A DNA stretch of 39,073 nucleotides, taken from positions 3,425 to 42,497 of the forward strand of contig JBBDRO010000039.1 in NCBI GenBank assembly GCA_040905425.1. The letters run 5' to 3'. This DNA is from Gemmatimonadota bacterium. GTDB taxonomy: Bacteria; Gemmatimonadota; Gemmatimonadetes; Longimicrobiales; RSA9. The notes under the pieces are model-generated. The model had not been told where the DNA came from. It saw only the letters and a program-made list of their open reading frames with translations, and ran no database searches. Both the position numbers and the translations under genes were made by a program. Positions 11,323 through 20,645 of this stretch are shown piece after piece (the stretch's first letter is position 1; each line of letters begins with the position of its first letter).

Positions 11323-12224
11323 TGGCGGAGATCGTGGAGGTGGGCTTCAAGGGCAACCGGCGCCACTACTACACCGCCGAGCTGCCCGAGGTGGAGCTCA
11401 GCGATTACGTCATCGTGGAGGCGGATCGCGGGGAGGACCTGGGCCGCGTGACGGCCGCGGGCGCCATTGCCGAGCGGCGCTGCAGCGGCTGCTCCACGGG
11501 GTGCGCCGCCCCCGTGCCCACGCAGCGCATCGTGCGCCAGGCCACCGACCAGGAGGTGGAGCGCGCCATATCGCTGCGCTCCGACGAGCCCCGCGTGCGC
11601 CGCACCGCGCGTGAAAAGGTGCTCAAGCACGGCCTCAAGATGAAGGTCTCCGAGGCCGAGTGGCAGTATGATCGGAACAAGCTCACCATCTATTTCACGG
11701 CCGATCGCCGGGTGGATTTCCGGGAGCTGGTGCGGGATCTGGCGCGCACCTTCCGGACGCGCATCGAACTGAAGCAGATCGGTGTGCGCGACGAGGCCGC
11801 CCTGCTGGGCGGCGTGGGCCGCTGCGGCCGCGAGCTGTGCTGCTCCAGCTGGCTGCGCGAGCTCAAGCCGGTCAGCCTCCAGCTGGCCAAGGACCAGCGC
11901 CTGTCGCTCAACCCGGCGCAGATCTCCGGCTGCTGTGGCCGTCTCATGTGCTGCCTCACCTACGAGCACGACGCCTACGTGCAGGCGCGCAAGCGCTTCC
12001 CCCGCGAGGGCCGCATCATGCAGACGGCGCTCGGCAGCGAGAAGGTGGTGTCCGTGGACATCTGGCGGGAGCGGGTCACGCTGCGGGACGAGGAGGGCAA
12101 CCGCCGTACGGTGGCGCTCCAGGACCTGCGGGGTGAGGTGACCGGCGCGGACGGCCGCGGTGGTCGGGCGCGGCGCGGCGGCGCCGACGCCGGCAAGGGC
12201 GAGTCGCCACCGGAGGAGCGTTGA
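11322..12224 (+). CDS. ricT: PSP1-domain Fe-S protein RicT/YaaT
   Basis: ATG 11322 in TGATG overlap with accA; YFTADRRVDFRELVRDLA..FRTRIELKQIGVRDEA, GRCGRELCC, SGCCGRLMCCL. Confidence 0.92.
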   Translation: MAEIVEVGFKGNRRHYYTAELPEVELSDYVIVEADRGEDLGRVTAAGAIAERRCSGCSTGCAAPVPTQRIVRQATDQEVERAISLRSDEPRVRRTAREKVLKHGLKMKVSEAEWQYDRNKLTIYFTADRRVDFRELVRDLARTFRTRIELKQIGVRDEAALLGGVGRCGRELCCSSWLRELKPVSLQLAKDQRLSLNPAQISGCCGRLMCCLTYEHDAYVQARKRFPREGRIMQTALGSEKVVSVDIWRERVTLRDEEGNRRTVALQDLRGEVTGADGRGGRARRGGADAGKGESPPEER

Positions 12225-13753
12225 GCCAGGAACGCTTCTACGTCACCACGGCCATCGACTATGCCAACGGTGAGCCCCACATGGGCCACGCCTACGAGAA
12301 GGTGGGCGCCGACGTGGTGGCACGCTACCACCGCCTGCGTGACCGCCAGGTGCACTTTGTCATCGGCATGGACGAGCACGGCCTCAAGGTCTACCAGAAG
12401 GCCGAAGAGAGCGGCGTCTCCCCACAGGCATGGGTGGACGGCATCGCGGCCCGCTTCGCCGCCCTCTGGGAGCGCCTGGGTATCTCGCACGATGACTTCA
12501 TCCGCACCACGGAGCCCCGTCACCGGGCGGCCGTGCAGGAGATGGTGCGGCGCCTCGAGGCCGCGGGCGATCTGTACATGGGGCGCTACGAGGGCCACTA
12601 CTGCGTGGGCTGCGAGGCCTTCAAGGCGGAGGACGAGCTGGAGGCGGTGGACGGCACGTCGCGCTGCCCCATCCATCCCGAGCGCGAGTTGCGCTGGACG
12701 GCCGAGGAGAACTGGTTCTTTCGCCTGAGCCGCTACCGTGACCGGCTGCTGGCGTTGCTCGAGGAGCGCCCCTCGTTCATCCAGCCGGAGAGCCGCCGCA
12801 ACGAGATCCGGCGCGTGCTGGAGGGCGGCCTGGAGGATCTCTCCGTGTCGCGGGCCACGCTCCCCTGGGGCGTACCCTGGCCGGGGGACGAGAGCCACTC
12901 GGTCTACGTATGGATCGACGCGCTCACGAACTACCTGTCGGCCATCGGCTTTCCGGACGAGGCGTACCGGGAATGGTGGCCCGCCGACCTGCACGTCATC
13001 GGCAAGGACATCACGCGCTTCCACTGCATCTACTGGCCCGCCATGCTCATGAGCGCCGGCCTCGAGCTGCCGCGCTCCGTATGGGGCCATGGCTTCATCA
13101 CGGTACAGGGCGCCAAGCTCTCCAAGTCCTCAGGGGAGCGGCTGGACCTGGACGCGCTGGTGGAGCGCCACGGGGTGGACGCCTTCCGCTACTATCTGCT
13201 ACGCGACGTCCCCTGGAACGGCGACGGTGAGTTCTCCCTGGAGCGCTTCGACGAGCGCTACACCAGCGAACTGGCCGACAACCTGGGCAACCTGGCCAAC
13301 CGCGTTCTGTCCATGGTGGAGCGCTACCGGGACGGCACCGTGCCAGCGGCTCCGGCCACCGATCTGGACACCGCCGTTGCGGGGGCGCTGGTGCGCTACC
13401 GCGCCGCCATGGAGGCGGGCCTCCTGCACCAGGGGCTGGCCGCGGCCATGGAGCTGGCCGGCACCGCCAACGGCTTCGTGGATCAGCGGGCGCCCTGGAA
13501 GCAGGCCAAGGACCCCGACCAGGCCGCCGAACTGGACACCACCCTCGGCGCGCTGGTGCGGGCGCTGGGGGCGCTGGCCACGCTGCTATGGCCCTTCATG
13601 CCCGCCCGGATGGAGGCGCTGATGGAGGGGCTGAATCTCCCCGCACCCGTTCTCCTGGATGACGTGGCGGAGCTGGACCTGGCGGGCCGAACGGTCTCGA
13701 AACCGGGGGTCCTCTTCCCCAAACCGGAGCGCGCCCCCGCGTCTGAAGCTTGA
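12221..13753 (+). CDS. metG: Methionine--tRNA ligase (short form, no C-terminal Trbp111 domain)
   Basis: YVTTAIDYANGEPHMGH, DEHGLK, CVGC, YVWIDAL, GKDITRFH, KLSKS; TTG start overlaps ricT stop. Confidence 0.96.
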   Translation: MSQERFYVTTAIDYANGEPHMGHAYEKVGADVVARYHRLRDRQVHFVIGMDEHGLKVYQKAEESGVSPQAWVDGIAARFAALWERLGISHDDFIRTTEPRHRAAVQEMVRRLEAAGDLYMGRYEGHYCVGCEAFKAEDELEAVDGTSRCPIHPERELRWTAEENWFFRLSRYRDRLLALLEERPSFIQPESRRNEIRRVLEGGLEDLSVSRATLPWGVPWPGDESHSVYVWIDALTNYLSAIGFPDEAYREWWPADLHVIGKDITRFHCIYWPAMLMSAGLELPRSVWGHGFITVQGAKLSKSSGERLDLDALVERHGVDAFRYYLLRDVPWNGDGEFSLERFDERYTSELADNLGNLANRVLSMVERYRDGTVPAAPATDLDTAVAGALVRYRAAMEAGLLHQGLAAAMELAGTANGFVDQRAPWKQAKDPDQAAELDTTLGALVRALGALATLLWPFMPARMEALMEGLNLPAPVLLDDVAELDLAGRTVSKPGVLFPKPERAPASEA

Positions 13754-13779
13754 CAGCTTCGGCGTGCGGGGCCTAAGCT
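13750..13779 (+). promoter_or_regulatory. Sigma70-type promoter overlapping the metG stop codon
   Basis: TTGACA (13750-13755), 18 nt, TAAGCT (13774-13779). Confidence 0.55.
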
Positions 13780-13876
13780 GGGCCGGTATCATCCTGACTC
13801 AACCCCCGACCCGTCGCGTACGCGTACGCGTGTGGCGATGGCTGCGACGCTGCACTGGTGTCGGACGAGGATAAGC

Positions 13877-14812
13877 ATGGCCCGAGAGCTCTGGACCATC
13901 ATGCTCGTGCCGGAAGGGCGTACAGGCGTACGCCAGATCCGGACGAGCCGTGCCGCCGCGCAGCTCGCTGCGCTGGTGGCGCTCGTGGTGGTGGTAGCCG
14001 CCAGCGCCCTTGCCACCGTGCTGGTGCTGGGCGAGCGGCGGGCGGCGGAGGCCGTGGCGCTGGAGCAGCACAACGCGCTGCTGCGCGCCGAACTGGGCGC
14101 GCTGCATGGCCGTATCGACGTGCTCCGCACCACCCTGGACACGCTGTCCGGGCGCGACGACACCTACCGGTTGCTGGCCGGGCTGGAGCCGCTCGACGAG
14201 GATGTCCGGCAGGTGGGCATCGGCGGCCCCGGCGGGCCGGTGCTGGAAAACGGCCGCCTCTTCCCGATCGATCCCTCCGCGGCACGCACGGCCTTCGCCG
14301 CCGCCATGGACATCGATGCCCTGCTGCGGCGGGCGCGGCTGGTGGCGGTCTCCTGGCGGGACGCCACGGACTCCCTGCAGTTCCAGCATGAGATCCTGCG
14401 CTCCACGCCGTCGATCCTGCCCACGGACGGCGTTGTCACGAGCGGCTTCAGCAGCAGCCGCGTGCACCCCATCCTCCACGAGGCGCGGGCCCACAACGGC
14501 ATGGACATCGTGGCCCGGCGCGGCGATCCCATCCTGGCCTCTGCCGCCGGCCGCGTCATCTTCGCGGGCACGCAGGGTGATTACGGCCAGATGGTGGCGC
14601 TGGACCACGGCCGCGGCCTGGAGACGCGCTACGCACACGCCTCGAAGCTGCTCGTGAAGCGGGGGCAGAGGGTGGCACGCGGGGACACGATCGCCCTGGT
14701 TGGCATGACGGGGCTGGCCGTGGCTCCCCACCTCCATTACGAGGTGCTGCTCAACGGCCGCCCGGCCAATCCACAACGTTATATCCTGAATCCGGGCGCC
14801 ATCCCGGATTGA
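13877..14812 (+). CDS. M23 family peptidoglycan metallo-endopeptidase with TM anchor and coiled coil
   Basis: HNGMDI (HxxxD), TRYAH, HLHYEV (HxH); ATG 13877 with GAGGA upstream. Confidence 0.92.
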   Translation: MARELWTIMLVPEGRTGVRQIRTSRAAAQLAALVALVVVVAASALATVLVLGERRAAEAVALEQHNALLRAELGALHGRIDVLRTTLDTLSGRDDTYRLLAGLEPLDEDVRQVGIGGPGGPVLENGRLFPIDPSAARTAFAAAMDIDALLRRARLVAVSWRDATDSLQFQHEILRSTPSILPTDGVVTSGFSSSRVHPILHEARAHNGMDIVARRGDPILASAAGRVIFAGTQGDYGQMVALDHGRGLETRYAHASKLLVKRGQRVARGDTIALVGMTGLAVAPHLHYEVLLNGRPANPQRYILNPGAIPD

Positions 14813-14870
14813 GCCGGAGCGGGCCGAGATGAAACCCAGCCATGAACCCAAAGTGTGGAGAAGAGACCCG

Positions 14871-15632
14871 ATGAAGCGACTGCTGGTCACGTGTGCCGTG
14901 GCGGCTCCGATGGCGCTGGCCGCGTGCGGCGGCGGCGAGGTGGTGGTCCAGGCGCAGCTGGACAACCGCGCCGGCGAGACGCGGGCCATGGCCGACCTGC
15001 CCATCCGCGCGCTGCCCTTCGACCGGGATGAGATCTTCGACTCGCTGGCGCTGGCCTACGGCACGCCCGAGCCCGCCATCCCGCCGGAGTTCGACGCGCT
15101 GCAGGACAGCATCGCGGAGGCGCAGGCCACGTACCAGGACGCCAACGCCCGCTGGGGCGCCGCCCGCGACAGCCTGGCCACGCTGGACGAGCGCATGAAG
15201 GGCATGGATCGCAGCAGCGGCGCCTACGTGGTGGCGTATGGCCAGTTCTCCGACCAGGAGCGCGTGGAGCGGACGGCCGAGCAGCAGCGTGACGGGGCCT
15301 TTGCGCGCTACGAGTCCCAGCTCGGGCGTTTCACGGAGCAGCAGACCGAGTTGCAGATCCAGCGCCAGCTCTGGCGGGACGAGGCCTACGCCAACATCGA
15401 TGACGTCATCGACATGCGCCTGGACGAGCTCGGCCGGGACATCCACGCGGACACCACCAGTGAGAATGGCGTGGCCCGCTTCACCCTGCCGCCGGGCGAG
15501 TGGTGGATCCAGGCGTGGCACGAGCTGCCCTTCAGCGAGTTGTACTGGAATGTGCCCGTGCAGGTGGAGCGGAGCGATCCCATCCAGGTGATCCTGAACC
15601 GCGCGAACGCCGTGGACCGGCCAAAATTCTGA
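14871..15632 (+). CDS. Hypothetical lipoprotein with coiled coil
   Basis: MKRLL...LAAC lipobox, GGAG upstream, helical middle, beta-rich C-terminus. Confidence 0.8.
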   Translation: MKRLLVTCAVAAPMALAACGGGEVVVQAQLDNRAGETRAMADLPIRALPFDRDEIFDSLALAYGTPEPAIPPEFDALQDSIAEAQATYQDANARWGAARDSLATLDERMKGMDRSSGAYVVAYGQFSDQERVERTAEQQRDGAFARYESQLGRFTEQQTELQIQRQLWRDEAYANIDDVIDMRLDELGRDIHADTTSENGVARFTLPPGEWWIQAWHELPFSELYWNVPVQVERSDPIQVILNRANAVDRPKF

Positions 15633-15647
15633 TGACGGCGGCATGAC

Positions 15648-17822
15648 ATGTCGACCGGTGACCGCATGAGCGGGCCGGCGAGCACACGGGCGGCGCTGAT
15701 GCTGGAGGAATCCGGCCACGGCGTCGCCCGTGTGGTTTTCGACGACCCCGCGCGCAGCGTGAACGTGCTCACGCGTGACGCCATGGCGCGCCTGGGCACG
15801 CTGCTCGATGAGGTGGTGGCGGGGGCGGAGGCCGGGCGCATCCGGGCCCTGGTGATCCACAGCGGCAAGGACGGCCACTTCGTGGCGGGCGCCGACGTGC
15901 AGGCCATAGCCGGCGTGGAGAGCGCCGCGGAGGGCCAGGCCGCGGCCGCCGAGGGGCAGGCGCTCTTCCAGCGGCTGGCCACCCTGCCGATCCCCACCGT
16001 GGCCGCCATCGACGGGCTCTGCCTGGGCGGCGGCACGGAGCTGGCCCTGGCCTGCCGCGCCCGCATTGCCGCGGATCGGCCCGAGACGCGCATCGGCCTG
16101 CCGGAGGTGCGGCTCGGCATCCTGCCCGGCTTCGGCGGCACCACCCGCCTGCCCCGCCTGGTGGGGCTGCAGGAGGCGCTGGGCATGATCCTCACCGGCA
16201 AGACCGTGGACGCCCGCAAGGCCGAGCGCATGGGGCTGGTGGACGAGCGGGTGCATCCCGCCGTACTGGTGGAGCGCGCCGTGGAGGTGGCCGGCGCCAT
16301 GGCGGACGGCGCCCCGGCGCCCGCGCGCGGCAAGCGGCCGCTGACCAGCCGCCTGCTCGAGGGCAACCCGCTCGGGCGCAAGCTCATCCTCTCCCAGGCC
16401 CGTAAGCGGGTCATGAAGGAGACCGGCGGTCACTACCCCGCCCCGCTCGCCATCCTGGACGAGATCGGCGCGCTGTCCACGCTTCCGGTGGAGGAGGCGC
16501 TGGCGCGCGAGGCGCGTGTGCTGGGCAGGCTCATCGTCACCCCCGAATCCAGGAACCTGCTGCACGTCTTCTTCCTCATGGAGGCGGCCAAGAAGGGCGG
16601 GCCCGAGGGCGCGGAGCCCCAGCCGGTGGAGCGGTTGGCCGTGGTGGGCGCGGGCGTCATGGGCGGCGGCATTGCCCAGCTGGCGGCCGCGCGCGGCATG
16701 GACGTGCGCATGAAGGACATCCGCGAGGAAGCACTCACCCAGGGGCTCCAGCACGCGGGCACCATCTTCGACAAGGCGGTGCGGCGCCGCCGCATGAAGC
16801 GGCGCGAGGCGGACGCGGCCATGGGGCGCATTGCGCCCACGCTGGACTACGCCGGTTTCGGCACCGTGGAGCTGGTGGTGGAGGCGGTGGTGGAGCGCAT
16901 GGACGTGAAGCGCGCCGTGCTCGCCGAGGTGGAGGCGCGCGTGCGCCCCGGCACCGTGCTGGCCACCAACACGTCCGCGCTCTCGCTGGCGGAGATGGCC
17001 ACGGCGCTGGAACGCCCGGCAGACTTCTGCGGCATGCACTTCTTCAATCCGGTGCACCGCATGCCGCTCGTGGAGGTGGTGCGTGCGGAGGTTTCCTCCA
17101 GCGCGGCGGTGGCCACGGTCTTCGCCGCTGCCCGGAAGCTGGACAAGACGCCCGTGGTGGTGCGCGACGCGCCCGGCTTCCTGGTGAACCGCGTGCTGGC
17201 GCCCTACATGAACGAGGCCGGCTGGCTGCTGGCCGACGGCGCAGGCATCCAGGAGGTCGACCGCGCCCTGCTGGATTTCGGCATGCCCATGGGCCCCCTC
17301 CGCCTGCTCGACGAGGTGGGCCTGGACGTGGCGCGCCACGCGGCGGACACCCTGCACGCGGCCTTCGGCGAGCGCATGGCGCCCGCCCCGCCGCTCGTGG
17401 CGCTGCGCGACACGGACCTCCTGGGGCGCAAGGGTGGCCGCGGCTTCTACGTCTACGAGGCCCCGGGCGGCAAGGAGGAGGGCGCCAACGGCGAACTGCT
17501 GGCGCGCATTGCCCCGGACTCCGCGGAGGGTCCGGACGCCGAAACCATCCGCGCGCGCTGCCTGCTGGTCATGGTCAACGAGGCGGCCCGCGCGCTGGAG
17601 GAAGAGGTGGTGGCCGGCCCCGGGGACGTGGACCTGGCCATGATCATGGGCACGGGCTTCCCTCCCTTCCGGGGTGGGCTCCTGCGCTGGGCGGACGCCC
17701 GCGGCACGGCCCGCACGCTGGCCGATCTGGAGGCGCTGGCAGCGCGCCTGGGAGCACGCTTCGAACCGGCGCCGCTGCTCCGGCGGCTGGGCGCCGCGGA
17801 CACGCCCTTCTACGGAGCGTGA
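15648..17822 (+). CDS. fadJ: Fatty acid oxidation complex alpha subunit (enoyl-CoA hydratase / 3-hydroxyacyl-CoA dehydrogenase), FadJ-like
   Basis: FVAGAD, CLGGGTELAL, GLPEVRLG, GAGVMG, TNTSAL, GMHFFNPV, GFPPFRGG; start may be ATG 15666. Confidence 0.92.
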   Translation: MSTGDRMSGPASTRAALMLEESGHGVARVVFDDPARSVNVLTRDAMARLGTLLDEVVAGAEAGRIRALVIHSGKDGHFVAGADVQAIAGVESAAEGQAAAAEGQALFQRLATLPIPTVAAIDGLCLGGGTELALACRARIAADRPETRIGLPEVRLGILPGFGGTTRLPRLVGLQEALGMILTGKTVDARKAERMGLVDERVHPAVLVERAVEVAGAMADGAPAPARGKRPLTSRLLEGNPLGRKLILSQARKRVMKETGGHYPAPLAILDEIGALSTLPVEEALAREARVLGRLIVTPESRNLLHVFFLMEAAKKGGPEGAEPQPVERLAVVGAGVMGGGIAQLAAARGMDVRMKDIREEALTQGLQHAGTIFDKAVRRRRMKRREADAAMGRIAPTLDYAGFGTVELVVEAVVERMDVKRAVLAEVEARVRPGTVLATNTSALSLAEMATALERPADFCGMHFFNPVHRMPLVEVVRAEVSSSAAVATVFAAARKLDKTPVVVRDAPGFLVNRVLAPYMNEAGWLLADGAGIQEVDRALLDFGMPMGPLRLLDEVGLDVARHAADTLHAAFGERMAPAPPLVALRDTDLLGRKGGRGFYVYEAPGGKEEGANGELLARIAPDSAEGPDAETIRARCLLVMVNEAARALEEEVVAGPGDVDLAMIMGTGFPPFRGGLLRWADARGTARTLADLEALAARLGARFEPAPLLRRLGAADTPFYGA

Positions 17823-18382
17823 GCGGCGCGGACGACCGCCGGATCACCATCGACTACCGCCGGCCACCGGACCGCCACGAGCGCTTCGAGCAGCGGCTGG
17901 TGGCGCGCGAGGAAAGCTGCGTGGTCACCCTGCTCGAGGAGACACCCCTCGAGCGCCCCGTGGAGGTGGCCGGAAGCGCGGTGCTGGAGCCTGGCGCGCC
18001 CGTGGTCTGGTTCACCTTTCCGGGCGCCTGGCACGACGTGGGCCGCTTCCACGTGGCCGGCGGCCGCTGCACGGGCCTCTACGCCAACATGATTACGCCC
18101 GTGTGGGGCGTGGAGGGCGCGGCGTGGCGGACCACGGACCTCTTCCTGGACCTCTGGATCCCCGCGGACGGTGGCCCGCCGGTACTCCTCGACGCGGACG
18201 AGCTGGCCGCAGCCGAGCGCCGCGGCTGGCTCGACGGCGTCCTGGCCGCGCGCGCCCGTGAGGAGGCGGAGCGGCTGACGCGGGCTGCCCTGGCGGACCG
18301 CTGGCCACCCGCCGTGGTGACGCGCTGGACGCTGGCGGCCGCCCGCGCCGCGCTGGACGCTCCCTCCGGGAGAGGATCCTGA
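17819..18382 (+). CDS. DUF402 family protein (FomD/Ntdp-like)
   Basis: YANMITP, TDLFLDLW, LLDADEL; GTGA overlap with fadJ. Confidence 0.8.
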   Translation: MSGADDRRITIDYRRPPDRHERFEQRLVAREESCVVTLLEETPLERPVEVAGSAVLEPGAPVVWFTFPGAWHDVGRFHVAGGRCTGLYANMITPVWGVEGAAWRTTDLFLDLWIPADGGPPVLLDADELAAAERRGWLDGVLAARAREEAERLTRAALADRWPPAVVTRWTLAAARAALDAPSGRGS

Positions 18383-18450
18383 GCGCGCCTGGCAGGGTAT
18401 CTGCCCTGGCCCGCATCCGTACCGTTCACCACCGGCCCATCGAGGTGTCC

Positions 18451-19086
18451 ATGCCGCTCAGAGCCCTGCCCGTGCTGGCTGCCGCCGCGCTCCTCCTGGT
18501 GCCGGCTCCCGGATCGGCGCAGGACGGGGCGAGCATCCTGGATCGCGCGGGCCAGGCACGGGTGAAGGGGGCCGCCGACGCGCCGGTGCAGGTGCTCGAG
18601 ATCGCGGACTTCCAGTGCCCCTTCTGCGGCCGCTTCGCCGCGGAGATCTTTCCCCGGCTGGACAGCGCCTACGTGGCCACGGGCAAGGTGAAGTGGGTGT
18701 TCGTGAACCTGCCGCTGACCAACCACCGCAACGCCTGGCACGCGGCCGAGGCGGCGCTGTGCGCGGGCGGGGTGGCCGATCGCTTCTGGGAGGTCCACGA
18801 CCGGCTCTTCGAGACGCAGGCGGACTGGTCCAACCTGGCCGATCCGCGGGGTTACATGGCGGAGCTGGCGCGCGCGGCGGCCGTCCCCGCGGCCGCCTAC
18901 GACGCCTGCGTGGCCGGAGACCAGGTGGCCCCGCTCCTCGTCCAGGACATCATGTACGCGGCCACGCGGCCGGGCATGTCGGGCACGCCCGCCTTCCTCA
19001 TCAACGAGGAGAGGATGCTGGTGGGTCTGAAGAGTTTCGCGGAGTGGCAGGCGGTGCTGGAAGCGGAACTGCAGAAGAGCCGGTAA
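18451..19086 (+). CDS. Exported DsbA/thioredoxin-fold protein
   Basis: Signal peptide, GAADAPV, DFQCPFC, cis-Pro loop GTPAF. Confidence 0.92.
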   Translation: MPLRALPVLAAAALLLVPAPGSAQDGASILDRAGQARVKGAADAPVQVLEIADFQCPFCGRFAAEIFPRLDSAYVATGKVKWVFVNLPLTNHRNAWHAAEAALCAGGVADRFWEVHDRLFETQADWSNLADPRGYMAELARAAAVPAAAYDACVAGDQVAPLLVQDIMYAATRPGMSGTPAFLINEERMLVGLKSFAEWQAVLEAELQKSR

Positions 19087-19124
19087 GCCGCCCGGCGGCA
19101 CGCTGGCCTGGCGCGCCCGGCGTA

Positions 19125-19334
19125 CTACGCGGCCGCGTCTCCTGCCACGACCATGGCGGCCACCAGGCGCCGCGGATCCACGAAGAGCTCCGCGGTGATG
19201 GCGGGATCCTCGCGCAGCGCGTCGATGAGGCGCCCGTAGCGCCGCACCACTTCCGCGGGTAGTTCCACCACCACCTCGTGGAAGGAACCACGGTCCGCCA
19301 GGACCAGGCGGACGCGCATGCGCTCACTGCTCAT
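19125..19334 (-). CDS. Small hypothetical protein (69 aa, MSSERMRVRLVLADRG...)
   Basis: ATG 19334 overlaps VKOR stop (ATGA); globular-looking composition; TAG at 19125-19127. Confidence 0.7.
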   Translation of the reverse strand: MSSERMRVRLVLADRGSFHEVVVELPAEVVRRYGRLIDALREDPAITAELFVDPRRLVAAMVVAGDAAA

Positions 19335-19861
19335 CGGGCACCTCTCAGTCGCGGGATCTCGGGCAGCGCCAGCAGAAAGATCAACGTGGCGATCACCGCC
19401 GAGCCGATGCACCACCGGCACCACGCGTGGATCACCCACATCTCCAGCGCCGTCAGGTAGAGCGAAAACAGGAAGGCGCCGGTGGCCAGGACCAGGAGAC
19501 CGCCGGCCACCTTGCGGGATGCAGCCAGCCGCGGCTGCACGCCCGCCAGCGCAAGCCCCATAATCAGGCCGTAGCCGAGCACGCCCCACGCGGGCACGGG
19601 CACCCCCAGGAGCATGGCGTAGCGGGAGGCCTGGACCACTTCGCAGCCGCCGGTGCCACAGGCAATACCGGGCAGCACCTGCAGCTTGTAGAGCAGCATA
19701 TACATGGATACCAGCACGCCGCCGAGCGCCAGGAAGGCCAGCGCCATGCGATTCGCGGGCGGCACCGCCGCGGCCGTCGAAGCGGCCGTCGAAGCGGCCG
19801 TCGAAGCGGCCGTCGAATCGGCCAGCGGCGCGGCCGGCAGGTCGAGCGAGCCGCTGCTCAG
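19331..19861 (-). CDS. Vitamin K epoxide reductase family (VKOR) disulfide-formation membrane protein
   Basis: CGTGGC..V..S.YA, four hydrophobic segments, CRWC; start uncertain (CTG 19861, GTG 19765 or ATG 19747). Confidence 0.9.
   Translation of the reverse strand: MSSGSLDLPAAPLADSTAASTAASTAASTAAAVPPANRMALAFLALGGVLVSMYMLLYKLQVLPGIACGTGGCEVVQASRYAMLLGVPVPAWGVLGYGLIMGLALAGVQPRLAASRKVAGGLLVLATGAFLFSLYLTALEMWVIHAWCRWCIGSAVIATLIFLLALPEIPRLRGAR
19770..19817. repeat. 12-bp tandem repeat GCGGCCGTCGAA x4
   Basis: Four exact copies at 19770, 19782, 19794, 19806. Confidence 0.97.
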
Positions 19862-20577
19862 GAGCCCGCCTCGCGCAGGATGGCCGCGCGCACGGCCGCC
19901 GGGTCCGCCCAGCTGTTGCCGCCGAGCGGCCTGCTGCCCACGAACACGGTGGGCGTGCTGGCAATGCCCAGCTGCTCCGCCAGCGCGCGGTTGGCGGACA
20001 CCACCTCTGCGTGGGCGTCACTGCGCAGGCACTGGCCGAAGGCTCCCGTGTCCATCCCCACCTCACCGGCGTAGCCTACGAGTTCGTCCACCGGGGCGCT
20101 CGAGCTGTACGCCCACATGTCCTGCCGCGCGAACAGCACGTCCTGATACTCCCAGTAGCGGTCCTGGTCCACCGCGCAGCGGCTGGCGCGCGCAGAAATG
20201 AACGAGTGCGGATGGCTGGCCCCCCCGAGCGGGAAATCGTAGTAGAGGAGCCGCGCGTTGCCCGCCTCCACCTGCTCCATCACCGTCGGCTTGGAGAGCT
20301 GGGAAAACGAGCGGCAGCCGGGGCAGGTGTAGTCGCTGAAGACCCGCACCTCCACGGGCGCGTTGGCGTTGCCGATGGCCACCGGCTGCGCCGCGGCCAT
20401 GAGCTCGCTGCCGCTCAGGCCGGAGAGGTCCAGGGGCTCCGTGACCGTCTGGCCGCCGCCGGACGAGAGCGCCCACGCAATGGCGGCCACGCCGGCCACC
20501 GCCACCGCCGCCAGGCCGATGTAGAGACCCCGCAGACTGGAGCCGTCCTGATTTTCACGCCGCTGCCGTTGGGCCAC
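19858..20577 (-). CDS. Membrane-anchored DsbA/thioredoxin-fold protein
   Basis: N-terminal TM, GNANAPV, DYTCPGC, YYDFPL, STPTVF; GTG start with GGAG. Confidence 0.92.
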   Translation of the reverse strand: MAQRQRRENQDGSSLRGLYIGLAAVAVAGVAAIAWALSSGGGQTVTEPLDLSGLSGSELMAAAQPVAIGNANAPVEVRVFSDYTCPGCRSFSQLSKPTVMEQVEAGNARLLYYDFPLGGASHPHSFISARASRCAVDQDRYWEYQDVLFARQDMWAYSSSAPVDELVGYAGEVGMDTGAFGQCLRSDAHAEVVSANRALAEQLGIASTPTVFVGSRPLGGNSWADPAAVRAAILREAGS

Positions 20578-20608
20578 TGTCGTCTCCTGGAATGAGTTTC
20601 AGCATCAG

Positions 20609-20637
20609 AACCTAGCACGCGCCCGGAGGAGGGTAAA
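20609..20637 (-). promoter_or_regulatory. Sigma70-type promoter of the dsbA-vkor operon
   Basis: Minus strand TTTACC, 17 nt, extended -10 TGcTAGGTT. Confidence 0.5.
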
Positions 20638-20645
20638 CCCGCCCG

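Noticed and set aside
19770..19817. Repeats here and at 34166-34214 as CRISPR arrays
   Set aside because: Units too short, no proper spacers, no cas genes
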